This document shows positions 18,708 to 29,432 of a stretch of DNA of 64,000 nucleotides, piece by piece (the stretch's first letter is position 1; the number at the start of each line of letters is the position of its first letter). A model generated the notes under the pieces. That model was not told the origin of the DNA. It worked only from the letters and a program-made list of their open reading frames with translations, and did not search any database. The DNA comes from Candidatus Kapaibacterium sp. (lineage in GTDB: Bacteria > Bacteroidota > Ignavibacteria > Kapaibacteriales > UBA2268). The position numbers were made by a program, and so were the translations under genes. The stretch lies in NCBI GenBank assembly GCA_963664875.1, contig OY761611.1:1376001-1440000 (forward strand), given 5' to 3'.

Positions 18708-19661
18708 ATGATAATATTTAGTCAACTAAAAACGGATTTCATCATGTCAAAAAATACAATTCCATCAAATTCAGCAATTGATTTCCAACATCTCTTCAAC
18801 GAGTTGGTGTATCATTACTTCCCTACTCCAATGATTAATTATCATCTTGAGCGATTTGAAACAAAAGATGATAAGATCCTTTATTTAAAAGAAATGCAAA
18901 TTCGTTTTTATCATCTAACACTAATAAAATGTGACTATTGCGAACAGACAAAAGATATACCATTACTTCATACAGAAGCACGACCGAATTTCCATGATTA
19001 TCGTATAAGTATCAGTAATGTTAAAGTTGATGATAACTTCAAGCACTACATCTACGGACCACTCAAATTCAATGATGTAGAAGCTACAAAAGTATTTAAC
19101 AGATTTGATATACTTCTAAACAGAACACTCATGCTGTTCAAACCTGATCCGACGTTTTTAACGAACTGGGAAGAAGTAAAGGGACATCTGCAAAATATTA
19201 GTTCTGTCAAGAACAAAAAGAAGTATTTGCTGCAATTAAACTCAAACTTCAACAACCACCCTCATTATTGGGGCACAAGAGAAGAACAGGAATCTTTCAA
19301 GAAATTGCTTTCTGCAAAATATCAAAAACTTAAGCAGATAGTATTTGAAGCAAGTGCAGAACCAACATTCAAAAAACAAGAAAAAGTTGAATCCCAAAAT
19401 TTGGAAAAGCAGAGAGCTGAACAAACAACAAGTTCTGACAGAGCAAAACAAAAAACATCTTTTGCAGAGAACAATTCCAATGACTTCATAAAAATAGAGG
19501 AAGTAACGCAAATACTAAAAATTTGCAAACCTACAGTTTACAGCTATCGCAATAAAGGTTTGATACAGTCATACAAAATGGGTAGAAATGTCTATTATAA
19601 AAGAAGTGAAATCTTTGAAGCACTAAATAATGGCAAAGTAAAGTATGGTAAAACTAAGTAA
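18708..19661 (+). CDS. Protein with C-terminal excisionase/MerR-like HTH
   Basis: FIKIEEVTQILKICKPTVYSYRNKGLIQSYKMGRNVYYKRSEI. Confidence 0.8.
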   Translation: MIIFSQLKTDFIMSKNTIPSNSAIDFQHLFNELVYHYFPTPMINYHLERFETKDDKILYLKEMQIRFYHLTLIKCDYCEQTKDIPLLHTEARPNFHDYRISISNVKVDDNFKHYIYGPLKFNDVEATKVFNRFDILLNRTLMLFKPDPTFLTNWEEVKGHLQNISSVKNKKKYLLQLNSNFNNHPHYWGTREEQESFKKLLSAKYQKLKQIVFEASAEPTFKKQEKVESQNLEKQRAEQTTSSDRAKQKTSFAENNSNDFIKIEEVTQILKICKPTVYSYRNKGLIQSYKMGRNVYYKRSEIFEALNNGKVKYGKTK

Positions 19662-19761
19662 AGAAAACATAGGAAAAAATCAATTCTGTAGAGAATTTGT
19701 AGAGATTTAAAGCCCTATTTTTTTATTCGATTGATATAAAAAGAGTTACGAGTGTAAATAG

Positions 19762-20123
19762 TGGAGGTGGCGGGACTCGAACCCGCGTCCGAAGAGCTTC
19801 AATTATAGCTTCTACATGCTTAGTCTTCCTATTTTATTTCGCATAAAGATTTACCGGAAAACGGGTGTAATTATGCTATCCCTAATTTGATCTTACGCAG
19901 CACCTTAAGGAGTAATACGTACGCCAGCCTGTCTAAAGTCGACACCTGACACAAAACGAACAGGCACATTCTGTGGCAGATGGGCTACCTTTTTATTTAA
20001 GCAGCCAATGCATAATTTTCGTTTGCATTTATTATAGTTACCGGTTGTATTTACGAGCTTCACCGGTGGAGCTCGACATGCGACCAATAACCTCCATCAC
20101 CTCGTCGAAGCCAGGTCACCCCC
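19762..20123 (-). ncRNA. ssrA: tmRNA, tag (A)ANENYALAA
   Basis: 5' GGGGGTG pairs with 3' CACCTCC-A (G3.U); GGTTCGAGTCC T-arm; tag frame at 20026-19997. Confidence 0.97.
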
Positions 20124-20304
20124 ATTTAAGAACGACTTGTAATATATAGCTTTTATCTATCATTTGCAAATTATTATTTTTATCTTTTCGTTTTCTTAGG
20201 TTTTTTTGTTCTTTTTTGCTTCAAGAATCTTTTATTTCTATTATCTTGCTAAAAAGTGATAATATTCTTATTTTGTTGCTTTACTTACTTATTTGTGACT
20301 GGGT

Positions 20305-20682
20305 ATGTCTGCTGAATCAAATATTTCTTTAACCCTGCTGGAAACAGACCGAATTCTTATGGTTAAGGTTATGGGTAATTATTTTGATAAACCTAATAAT
20401 TTGGATATGATTACAAATGCTATCAAACTTTATGATGTAAAAAAGTTGCTGCTCGATTTTACAGCAGGTTCTTACCTTACCAGCCCCTCAGCGGTTTACA
20501 ATAGGCCTAATGAGGCTGTTAAAAAAGGCTTTACTCAGGAATTAAAAATTGCTACTTTGGTCAGAAATATCAATTCGAGGACTGAAATAGTAGAAACCAT
20601 TTTCAAAAACAAAGGTTTTCAGATCGAACTCTTTGTTAGCTATGATGAGGCTATTGATTGGTTAAATGAAAAAACAGAATAA
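20305..20682 (+). CDS. Hypothetical protein, SpoIIAA/STAS-like
   Basis: KLLLDF...KIATLV...ELFVSYDEAIDWL pattern. Confidence 0.65.
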   Translation: MSAESNISLTLLETDRILMVKVMGNYFDKPNNLDMITNAIKLYDVKKLLLDFTAGSYLTSPSAVYNRPNEAVKKGFTQELKIATLVRNINSRTEIVETIFKNKGFQIELFVSYDEAIDWLNEKTE

Positions 20683-20703
20683 AGAATTTACTAAGGATTC
20701 AAA

Positions 20704-21081
20704 ATGAAATCAATTATCATTGCCGGTGTTACAGTTGTAAACCTTGCTCTTATATTTTATTCTATTGCGATTATTACAGAGCAACGCAAAAACATTATAA
20801 ATAAACGCGTTGTCTTCTTCCTTACTTTTGGTGTATTTTTTGATATTTTAGCTACAAGTTTCATGATAATAGGCTCTGAAAACAGTGCTTTCTCGCCCCA
20901 TGGTATTCTTGGGTATTCCTCTTTAACCGGAATGCTTATTGATGCTATTTTAGTTTGGCGACATAAATCAAAACATGGACTCGACACAGCTCCCACCAAG
21001 GGATTACATTTATACTCGCGATTTGCTTATATATGGTGGCTTTTAGCTTATATTACCGGTGCTATTCTTGTAATGAGATAA
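20704..21081 (+). CDS. Four-helix membrane protein (HsmA/TIGR03987-like)
   Basis: Four hydrophobic segments; LALIFYSI, GVFFDILAT, HGILG. Confidence 0.7.
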   Translation: MKSIIIAGVTVVNLALIFYSIAIITEQRKNIINKRVVFFLTFGVFFDILATSFMIIGSENSAFSPHGILGYSSLTGMLIDAILVWRHKSKHGLDTAPTKGLHLYSRFAYIWWLLAYITGAILVMR

Positions 21082-21137
21082 TAAAGTGATAAATGGCATT
21101 TAAAAAACCAATCATATTGCTATCTTGTTTATTGGGA

Positions 21138-21397
21138 GGCTGTCTCATACGTCAAAACAATCTATATTAACTTGACGATTACTCAATACAGTATGTGATC
21201 TGAGTTAAGTAAAATGTAGAGACGCAATGATTGCGTCTCAAGCTGGTCGCCCTTACAGGGCTCTATATTTCAATGACTTATCTTTCCCGGGGCGTTGCCC
21301 CGGGCTAATATATTTGAGGCTTTCAGCCTCCTATTGTATTAATATTTTTCGCACGAAATAAGTCTAATAAAATATAGAGGGTACTTATGAGACAGCC
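21138..21397. mobile_element. MITE-like non-coding element containing REP-like palindromes
   Basis: Terminal inverted repeat GGCTGTCTCATA / TATGAGACAGCC; internal hairpins at 21215-21240, 21249-21261, 21286-21304, 21316-21330. Confidence 0.6.
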
Positions 21398-21518
21398 ACT
21401 TGTTCAATTATTCATGTCTTACTTTTACGAATTGAATTCTTCTTCGTAATAAATGAAGTTACAAGTATTTTATAAGTGATAATCACAAATGAGGAGTAGA
21501 GTGATTGTTTTGTCGGCA

Positions 21519-22907
21519 TCACTTTGAATCTGCAACTTCATTCATTGACTCACCGTCGAATTCCATACTATAAAAATATATTGTGCATGCTATTGCAGCT
21601 ATGCAATCATTCATGATTTTGGGATCTACCTTGTCTGGAGTATCCGACGGAGAATGATGCTCTCTGAAATATAAGTTTTCCGAATCAGGCCAAAATCCCA
21701 TGCCGGGTATGCCGTAGCTCATCATTGGACGAATATCTGTACCGCTACCTTGGTCTAATATCTCATATTTCCCGTATGTTTTTGACAAGAGATTCGCAGC
21801 TTCTTTTAGCTTTACCCTCATCGAGTCAATACCGGTATAGCCAAGTCTTGCAGGCTTATAGACTCCGGCGTCAGCTTCCAGCATGAGAACGTGTGGTTCG
21901 TTTTTGTGCATTTCAGCGTATTGCTCGCCCCCTTGACCTCCGGTTTCTTCTGCCCCCCAAAGTACAGTCCTAATAGTATGATTGGGCAAAAGATCTAAAT
22001 CTTTGAGCAATTTCACGGCAAACCATGTCGCTATACTTGGCCCCAAATCATCTTGAGCACCTGTACCCGTATCCCAAGAATCAATATGACCACCTATAGC
22101 AATGATTGAATTCGGAAATTTTTTGCCTTTAAGTTCTGCAGTAACATTGTAAGTATCAACATCATTAAGTGTTTCACAATTCATTGTCAAATTAACAACA
22201 GCTCGTTCCCCTCTTGCCTGAATTCTGGAAAACATTTGAGATTCTTCCATAGTAATAGCACCATGAGGTATTCGAGGAACAGAGTCATTATACCGCATAA
22301 TCCCTGTATGAGGCAGTTGCAGGCCATGTGGGCTCACTGAGCGAACCAATGATGCCACTGCTCCGTATTTGGAAGCACTATCTGCAGCAAAGACTCTATA
22401 CATCACATGCTGACTGTAATTTTGGAAATCCACATCATAAACAACAATCTTTCCTTTAATTTTGTCTGCATTTTTTTGCAAATCACTCCAATCATGGACT
22501 ACAAATACTTCTGAACTAATGCCGCCTGAAGGAGTGGCTACAGAGCCGCCAAGACTTAGAAATCGCAATTCTCTGTGGTGTGGTGCAATTAATGTGAGAG
22601 ACTCATTATTGCGTTTCCAGTGTGGTACTTTGATGGGTTCCTTTTTAACATTTACAAATCCGTCAGCCTTGAACAATTCGTAACATTTATCTATTGCCCT
22701 TTCCAGTCCTACCGAACCGGACAGCCTGTTACCATAGGTATCGCAAAGCATTGCCATTCTTTCCCATGCAAGAGAATCATGATGTGCTGCCTCATAAATT
22801 CTATCAAATATAGTTTTGTATTTATCCTGCAATCCGGAATGTAATAAGATAGGAGTCGTGATAAAGAGAAAGAGTATCAGTTTTAAAGTTTTCATGTTTT
22901 GTTCCAA
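21519..22907 (-). CDS. M28 family peptidase (carboxypeptidase Q-like), secreted
   Basis: Signal peptide, GNRLSGS, PA domain, GGHIDSWDTGTGAQDD, GAEETG, HHSPSDT. Confidence 0.9.
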   Translation of the reverse strand: MEQNMKTLKLILFLFITTPILLHSGLQDKYKTIFDRIYEAAHHDSLAWERMAMLCDTYGNRLSGSVGLERAIDKCYELFKADGFVNVKKEPIKVPHWKRNNESLTLIAPHHRELRFLSLGGSVATPSGGISSEVFVVHDWSDLQKNADKIKGKIVVYDVDFQNYSQHVMYRVFAADSASKYGAVASLVRSVSPHGLQLPHTGIMRYNDSVPRIPHGAITMEESQMFSRIQARGERAVVNLTMNCETLNDVDTYNVTAELKGKKFPNSIIAIGGHIDSWDTGTGAQDDLGPSIATWFAVKLLKDLDLLPNHTIRTVLWGAEETGGQGGEQYAEMHKNEPHVLMLEADAGVYKPARLGYTGIDSMRVKLKEAANLLSKTYGKYEILDQGSGTDIRPMMSYGIPGMGFWPDSENLYFREHHSPSDTPDKVDPKIMNDCIAAIACTIYFYSMEFDGESMNEVADSK

Positions 22908-23094
22908 ACGAATTGTTTCCTAAACAAATCTAAGAAAAAAAACCTTATGATGTGCTATCTGATAATATAAGAATAAATACAGGGAAGGAGGGTTTGAGAT
23001 TTTAAGTTTTAAAATCGATAAAAAAAACAAGGATACACTTAAATATTATATGCATACCCTTGTTCTATTCTGTTTGAGATTGGGATTGTAATGA

Positions 23095-23598
23095 TTATTT
23101 GATTGCTTTCAAAGCTTCTTCGTAATTAGGTTCTTGAGCGATTTCAGGGACTTGTTCGTTATAAACTACGTTTCCTTCTTCGTTTAAAACTACTACTGCT
23201 CTTGACATTAAACCTGCCAAAGGTCCATCTGCGATACCTACGCCATAAGCTTTGCTAAATTCAGAATCTTCTCTTAGCTCAGACACTGAAATAACGTTTT
23301 CCAAACCTTCTGTAGCACAGAAACGTTTGTGAGCAAAAGGTAAATCTTTTGAAACGCAAAGAACTACTGTATTTTCTAATTTATCTGCTTCTGCATTAAA
23401 TTTCCTAACAGAAGTCGCACAAACAGGTGTATCTAAAGAAGGAAAAATGTTTAGAACAACTTTTTTGCCTTTATAAGATTCTAATGAAACATCAGCCAAA
23501 TCTGAAGTTGTTAATTTGAATTCAGGTGCTTTTGCTCCAACTTGTGGCAAATCGCCAACTGTATTGAAAGGATTGCCTTGTAATGTAATTTTAGCCAT
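23095..23598 (-). CDS. tpx: Thiol peroxidase
   Basis: [30 protein letters not shown]. Confidence 0.95.
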   Translation of the reverse strand: MAKITLQGNPFNTVGDLPQVGAKAPEFKLTTSDLADVSLESYKGKKVVLNIFPSLDTPVCATSVRKFNAEADKLENTVVLCVSKDLPFAHKRFCATEGLENVISVSELREDSEFSKAYGVGIADGPLAGLMSRAVVVLNEEGNVVYNEQVPEIAQEPNYEEALKAIK

Positions 23599-23741
23599 TT
23601 TGAATTCTCCGCTAAGTAATTTGAGTATTGATTTATTGAGTCAGTTCTTAAAACGTAAATGCTTGAACTTTTATTTTAGGCATAGCTTAAAAAAGAATTT
23701 TTTTGAAGTGATGACATACCTGAAATGCGCTTAGACATATC

Positions 23742-25787
23742 TTAAGGTTTGCATAACAATTGCTCGGAGGCGTTGGGTATAGATAGGCTAAAAGTAGTTC
23801 CGGCAGTTGGATTGTTTTGGAAAGAAATCTCAGCATCTATTATTTTTACCATTTTGCAGGCTATTATCAGAGACAGACCTGTCCCCTTTTCACCGGCAGT
23901 ACCTGTGCGTGATTTGATTTTTTCGGGCATACAAATATGAATATTTTCTTCTTCTACGCCCAAACCAAAGTCTATGAAATCAACTTTTAAACTCCTGCCT
24001 TCTTGAATATAAGCAATATCCACTTTGGAGTTTGCAGGGGAATATTTAATTGCATTGCTGAGCAAACACATAACTACAAATTCGATAATATTGCGGTCAG
24101 TTTCTGCAGTATAGAAATTCTCGATATGATTTATAGAAATATTTTTTTCTTTTGCTCTGTTCTGCATTATCCTAATGCACCTACATACAATTTCGCTGAT
24201 ATTGGTATCTTCAAGATGGACTTTCAGATCACCTCGATTGATATCGTTTAGCAGAATCATATAATCAAGAAAATTCCTTAAAATCTTAGATGTTTGGCTT
24301 AGGATTTTTATAGGAACAGTATAGTTTTTTGAGAATTTGTTACTTCTAATTTCTTTCTCAAGTATATCGCTGGAAAACATAATTCCCTGAATTTGATCTC
24401 TGAACTCACGATAGACAACATGGGCAAGTTTTGCACTATTGTCCTTGGATTCTTTTGTCTCAACGAATAGATTTTCTGCTTGTCGTAATGTTTCTTCTAA
24501 AATATCTTTCTCTTGTTTGAGCGTTTTCATTTTCTTTTTGCGTTTACTACTTCTAACAAAAGCAAAAATGGTAAGTAAAGATATTGCTAATGTTATAGAA
24601 GACCAAATTGTAAGATGTTTATCAAATGCATGTTTTACTTTTTCAAGCTTGACATTTTTCTCAGTCAATTTTTTTTGAACATCCTGCAACTCGAAAGTTT
24701 TGTGAATTTCCTTTAAATCGCTTTTATCGTCCTGCTCTTTTACCTTTTTGAGGTATGCATACGCCGAATCAATATTTCCTATCTTCTCGAAATATCTGCA
24801 AATTTGGAAATAAGTCTCACGCAGTATGACATCATATTCGTTTGAAGTTGCAATAACAAGAGCCTTGTTGAGATATACATAAGCATTATTGAGACTATTC
24901 ATTTCTAAATACAATTCTCCCATTTTTAAAAATGCATGGGCAGAATAATATTTATTATTAGGGTCTATGGAAGACAACATCTTTTTTGCATAATACAATG
25001 AGCTGTCCATCTGATTTTTTCTGGCAAACAGGTTCTGTAGCTGACTGTAAACTATTGTAAGTTGATTAAAGTATGAGTTTTGCTTATACCAACTCTCTAC
25101 TTTATCGAGCATTGCGAGAGCTTCACTGTACTTATTCAAACTTATGAACACGGACGAAAGATTGGTGAGCATATCATGATATAGCAAGGCATTTTTGTTA
25201 GTATCTAATATCTCTATGGATTCGAATAATGTTGTTTGTGCTTTATCAAAATCTTCTATCTGAAAGTAAATCCCCGAAATAGCATTGTTAGTCATCACAA
25301 TCAGCGAAGTATCTTTGCATTGCAGAGCTACTTCTTTTGCTCGAAACTGAAGTTTGAGGGCTTCGACAAAAAGAGAATTAGATTTGTAAACAAAAGAATA
25401 TTGCAGCAGTGCCCTTCCATATAGATTACTTTGTCTTACCAATCTGACATCCCTCAAGTGACGTTCTAAAATAAAGCGAACGCTGTCCATAAGTCCGAGT
25501 CTATGATATGCTCTTGAGTAGTTGAAAATAATATCAGCACTGTTTGGCTGGTTATCTAATTTTGAATAATACTTTTTTAAAATTTCAAGACTTTTTAATG
25601 GCTCTTTGTCCAGATTTGCTATCGCACTTTGCAAAAGAGAATCCTGCCTTGCATTTTGGGTAATGAAAGCAGATTTTGATACCGTACAAACAACAAACAA
25701 TGCACAAATCAATATGACAATTATTTTTGTAATTGTGATTTCTCTCAATTTCTGATTGACTAAAAAAAGTAACTTCAATAGAATCAA
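23742..25787 (-). CDS. TPR-repeat sensor histidine kinase-like protein
   Basis: TPR region, TM helix, LLSNAIKYS, DFGLG, GTAGEKGTGLSL, GTTF; H-box atypical. Confidence 0.85.
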   Translation of the reverse strand: MILLKLLFLVNQKLREITITKIIVILICALFVVCTVSKSAFITQNARQDSLLQSAIANLDKEPLKSLEILKKYYSKLDNQPNSADIIFNYSRAYHRLGLMDSVRFILERHLRDVRLVRQSNLYGRALLQYSFVYKSNSLFVEALKLQFRAKEVALQCKDTSLIVMTNNAISGIYFQIEDFDKAQTTLFESIEILDTNKNALLYHDMLTNLSSVFISLNKYSEALAMLDKVESWYKQNSYFNQLTIVYSQLQNLFARKNQMDSSLYYAKKMLSSIDPNNKYYSAHAFLKMGELYLEMNSLNNAYVYLNKALVIATSNEYDVILRETYFQICRYFEKIGNIDSAYAYLKKVKEQDDKSDLKEIHKTFELQDVQKKLTEKNVKLEKVKHAFDKHLTIWSSITLAISLLTIFAFVRSSKRKKKMKTLKQEKDILEETLRQAENLFVETKESKDNSAKLAHVVYREFRDQIQGIMFSSDILEKEIRSNKFSKNYTVPIKILSQTSKILRNFLDYMILLNDINRGDLKVHLEDTNISEIVCRCIRIMQNRAKEKNISINHIENFYTAETDRNIIEFVVMCLLSNAIKYSPANSKVDIAYIQEGRSLKVDFIDFGLGVEEENIHICMPEKIKSRTGTAGEKGTGLSLIIACKMVKIIDAEISFQNNPTAGTTFSLSIPNASEQLLCKP

Positions 25788-26321
25788 TTGTGGTGTTGGA
25801 TTAGTATAAGATAAGAAAAATATTTAATATAAAATACTAATTATTTGGTATGACAAACTCGTTTTAAAGCTTAGAAGTAAATACGTTTTTACTCTTAATT
25901 CCAACTACTATACACTCCAATAGATTACAGAACAGGCATTATTGGAAGCTTCAGTTAAGTAATTTAGAGGTTTGTTGGCATCAACTTATTAAGTCAATTA
26001 TAGACAGGATAATATTTTCATAAACCGAATAAAAGACTCTTTTGCATCTTGGATATATATTTCAGATAATATTTCGGCAATATAATTTAAATTTAAACAT
26101 CTAAGCACATTAGGCGTATTATACTCTATATGTTGATAATTTCAGTCGTTTTTTCTTTGAGCAAGCCTTATATTGCAAATTGGTATTATGTTTAATATCT
26201 GAAACTTTATCAATATACAAATATTCTCTTTTTGATACGTCCAATCTTATAAGAGATGCAAAACTTTTAGGCAAAGCTAATAAATCGTATAAATAATTTA
26301 ATAACAAAGGTTTCAGGAGCT

Positions 26322-28871
26322 ATGGAAGGTAATTTTTCTAATAGGGTAAACGAAGTAATCAAGCTCAGCAGAGAGGAAGCTATCCGCTTGGGTCATGATT
26401 ATATTGGAACAGAACATTTGCTCCTTGGTATTATCAGGGAAGGCGAGGGAATAGCTTGCCAAATCCTTAAAAATCTCGGCGCGGATTTATACAAACTCAA
26501 AAAAAGTATCGAAGAAACAGTTAGGCCTTCGACTTCCACTTTGACTATCGGCAACATACCGCTTACTAAACAAGCGGAAAAGGTGCTTAAGATAACTTAT
26601 TTGGAAGCGAAATTATATAAATCTGATATGATTGGCACTGAGCATCTTTTACTCTCTTTGCTAAGAGATGACGAAAATATTGCTGCTCAGATTCTTTTCC
26701 AGTTTACTATCAATTACGACGCTGTTCGAAAAGAATTAGACAATATTATTAGTGGCAATCCCTCTACTCCGCCTGCTCCGCAGCATACTTCGAAATCTCC
26801 GAAGCAAGCGAAGGAAAGAGTAAAAACTCCTGTGCTTGATAACTTTGGCAGAGACCTAACTAAACTTGCTTTGGAAGACAAATTAGATCCGGTAATTGGC
26901 AGACAAAAGGAAATAGAGCGTGTTTCGCAGGTTCTTTCTCGACGCAAAAAGAACAATCCTGTTCTTATAGGCGAACCGGGCGTTGGTAAAACTGCAATCG
27001 TGGAAGGTCTTGCTTTGAGAATCGTCAAAAAGCAAGTTTCACGCGTGCTATTCGATAAGAGAATTGTTACTTTAGATCTTGCGTCTTTGGTAGCAGGCAC
27101 AAAGTACCGTGGTCAGTTTGAAGAAAGAATGAAAGCTGTAATCAATGAATTAGAAAAAGCCCAAGACGTGATTCTTTTCATTGATGAGATACATACAATT
27201 GTAGGTGCCGGCGGAGCTTCCGGTTCACTTGATGCATCTAATATGTTTAAGCCTGCTTTGGCTCGCGGCGACATACAATGTATAGGTGCAACCACGCTCG
27301 ATGAGTACCGTCAAAATATCGAAAAAGACGGAGCATTGGAGCGTAGATTCCAAAAAATCATCGTGGATCAGCCTTCTGTCGAAGAAACAAGAATTATCCT
27401 CGACAAAATCAAAGACAGATACGAAGAGCACCACAATGTAATATATTCTGAAGATGCTTTGGATACTTGTGTGCGTCTTGCAGAAAGATATATCTCAGAC
27501 AGAATGTTCCCGGACAAAGCGATTGATGTATTAGACGAAGCCGGTGCAAGAGTTCACCTCTCTAATATTTCAGTGCCTGAGCACATTCTCGAATTTGAGA
27601 AAAAAATAGAAGATGTTAGAATAGAAAAAAATCAGGTTGTCAAACAGCAGAATTTCGAAGAAGCTGCAAGGCTCAGAGATTCTGAAAAGCGTTTGCAAGC
27701 TGAGCTCGAAGAAGCAAAAGAAGCATGGGAAAAACAAGTTTCTGAGAAAGTGTATCCTGTTACTGAAGATGATATAGCAGACATAGTGGCTATGATCACG
27801 GGCGTGCCTGTAAACAAAGTAGCAGAAAGCGAATCTAAAAAACTATTACAACTTGCTGATGACCTTAAGAAAATGGTTGTCGGTCAGGACAACGCTATAC
27901 AAGAACTTGCAAAAGCTATTCGCAGAGCAAGGGCCGGTCTGAAAGATCCAAGTCGCCCGATAGGTTCGTTTATGTTCCTCGGGCCAACAGGTGTAGGTAA
28001 AACAGAATTAGCAAAAGCTCTTGCAAGAGTAATGTTTGACTCGGAAGATGCTCTAATTAGAGTTGACATGAGTGAATACATGGAAAAATACAGCGTTTCC
28101 CGCTTTGTAGGAGCGCCTCCGGGATATGTTGGCTATGAAGAAGGTGGCCAGCTAACTGAAAAAGTAAGACGCAAGCCTTATAGCATCATTCTACTTGACG
28201 AGATTGAAAAAGCTCACCCAGATGTATTTAATGTGCTTCTTCAGGTATTCGACGATGGCCAGCTCACTGATGGTAACGGCAGAAAAGTTGACTTTAAAAA
28301 TACTATTATCATCATGACTTCAAATGTCGGTACAAAAGATGTAAAAGCAGGTGGTAAGATAGGATTCACAGAAAACACTCCGGATAGTGAGTATGAAGCA
28401 GTGAAAAACACAATAGAAGATTCTGTTAAAAATCTCTTTAATCCTGAGTTTATCAATAGGATAGATGATTTAATTATCTTCCGCAAGCTTACAAAAGAGA
28501 ATATTTATGGAATTATTGATATTCAGCTTAATCAGCTCAAAAACAGAATGAAAGTCAATAATATGACATTAGAGTTTGACCAGGCTGCTCTCGATATGCT
28601 TGTTGATAAAGGATTCGACGAAAAATTTGGTGCTCGTCCATTGCGACGTGCATTGCAAAAATATGTCGAAGACGAGCTTGCAGAAGAAATGCTGAAGGGC
28701 AATTTGCTTCCGGGTGCAAAAATTATCGGTACTTTAAATACGGAAACAAACAAAATTGAATATAATTTCAATGGCGGAGAACGAGTTATTGACGAAAGAG
28801 AAATCAAAACTCCTATCATCGAAGAAAAGGAAAACTTCGAAATAAAGCCGGGTGAAATTAACGAAAATTAA
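26322..28871 (+). CDS. clpC: ATP-dependent Clp protease ATP-binding subunit ClpC
   Basis: Clp N repeats, [11 protein letters not shown] domain, [17 protein letters not shown]. Confidence 0.96.
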   Translation: MEGNFSNRVNEVIKLSREEAIRLGHDYIGTEHLLLGIIREGEGIACQILKNLGADLYKLKKSIEETVRPSTSTLTIGNIPLTKQAEKVLKITYLEAKLYKSDMIGTEHLLLSLLRDDENIAAQILFQFTINYDAVRKELDNIISGNPSTPPAPQHTSKSPKQAKERVKTPVLDNFGRDLTKLALEDKLDPVIGRQKEIERVSQVLSRRKKNNPVLIGEPGVGKTAIVEGLALRIVKKQVSRVLFDKRIVTLDLASLVAGTKYRGQFEERMKAVINELEKAQDVILFIDEIHTIVGAGGASGSLDASNMFKPALARGDIQCIGATTLDEYRQNIEKDGALERRFQKIIVDQPSVEETRIILDKIKDRYEEHHNVIYSEDALDTCVRLAERYISDRMFPDKAIDVLDEAGARVHLSNISVPEHILEFEKKIEDVRIEKNQVVKQQNFEEAARLRDSEKRLQAELEEAKEAWEKQVSEKVYPVTEDDIADIVAMITGVPVNKVAESESKKLLQLADDLKKMVVGQDNAIQELAKAIRRARAGLKDPSRPIGSFMFLGPTGVGKTELAKALARVMFDSEDALIRVDMSEYMEKYSVSRFVGAPPGYVGYEEGGQLTEKVRRKPYSIILLDEIEKAHPDVFNVLLQVFDDGQLTDGNGRKVDFKNTIIIMTSNVGTKDVKAGGKIGFTENTPDSEYEAVKNTIEDSVKNLFNPEFINRIDDLIIFRKLTKENIYGIIDIQLNQLKNRMKVNNMTLEFDQAALDMLVDKGFDEKFGARPLRRALQKYVEDELAEEMLKGNLLPGAKIIGTLNTETNKIEYNFNGGERVIDEREIKTPIIEEKENFEIKPGEINEN

Positions 28872-28890
28872 ACCTTGCAAATTTACCTAT

Positions 28891-28930
28891 AAAAAAAACC
28901 TCTGTTTTTAGCTAAACAGAGGTTTTTTTT
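28891..28930. terminator. Bidirectional terminator
   Basis: A8-CCTCTGTTT...AAACAGAGG-T8 between convergent genes. Confidence 0.85.
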
Positions 28931-28947
28931 GAATTGCCATCAGAGGA

Positions 28948-29082
28948 TTAGTTTCTTCTGTCTTCAAAAGTTTCTTCTGATTTTTCTTTTATTCTTTTTA
29001 CAATATAAAAAACAATAATAGCAGCGGTGATTAGACCAAGCATTATGTATCCTAAGATAAAAAGTATTGGTATGAGTTCCAT
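28948..29082 (-). CDS. Small single-TM protein
   Basis: MELIPILFILGYIMLGLITAAIIVFYIVKRIKEK...FEDRRN directly after ybjQ-like gene. Confidence 0.6.
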   Translation of the reverse strand: MELIPILFILGYIMLGLITAAIIVFYIVKRIKEKSEETFEDRRN

Positions 29083-29086
29083 TTTT

Positions 29087-29404
29087 TTACTTTTTGAGTT
29101 TAACAGCAGTTCCATACACCAATATTTCAGCAGCACCCTGCATCACTGCCGAAGTAGTAAACCTAACATTCAAAACAGCATCAGCGCCGAGCCTTTCAGC
29201 ATCTTCCACTAAACGCTCCAAAGCCTGCTCTCTGGAGTCTGCAAGCAACTTAGTATAATTTGCTATTTCCCCACCTACTACATTTTTCAGACCGGCAAGG
29301 AAATCGCTACCAATATTGCGGGCTCTTACAGTACTGCCACGTACTATACCCAAATATTCAGATATTTCATGCCCTATCAAATCGTTTGTGTTTGTTAAAA
29401 TCAT
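29087..29404 (-). CDS. YbjQ/UPF0145 family protein
   Basis: GIVRGSTVRARNIG.DFLAGLKNVVGGE...VYGTAVKL. Confidence 0.9.
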   Translation of the reverse strand: MILTNTNDLIGHEISEYLGIVRGSTVRARNIGSDFLAGLKNVVGGEIANYTKLLADSREQALERLVEDAERLGADAVLNVRFTTSAVMQGAAEILVYGTAVKLKK

Positions 29405-29432
29405 TAGTCCATTTCCGAAAGTATTTATGAAA

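Noticed and set aside
2654-19661. CRISPR-associated transposon (CAST)
   Set aside because: No tnsA/B/C or tniQ, cas3 is intact, and the only transposases are ISAs1 inside the array
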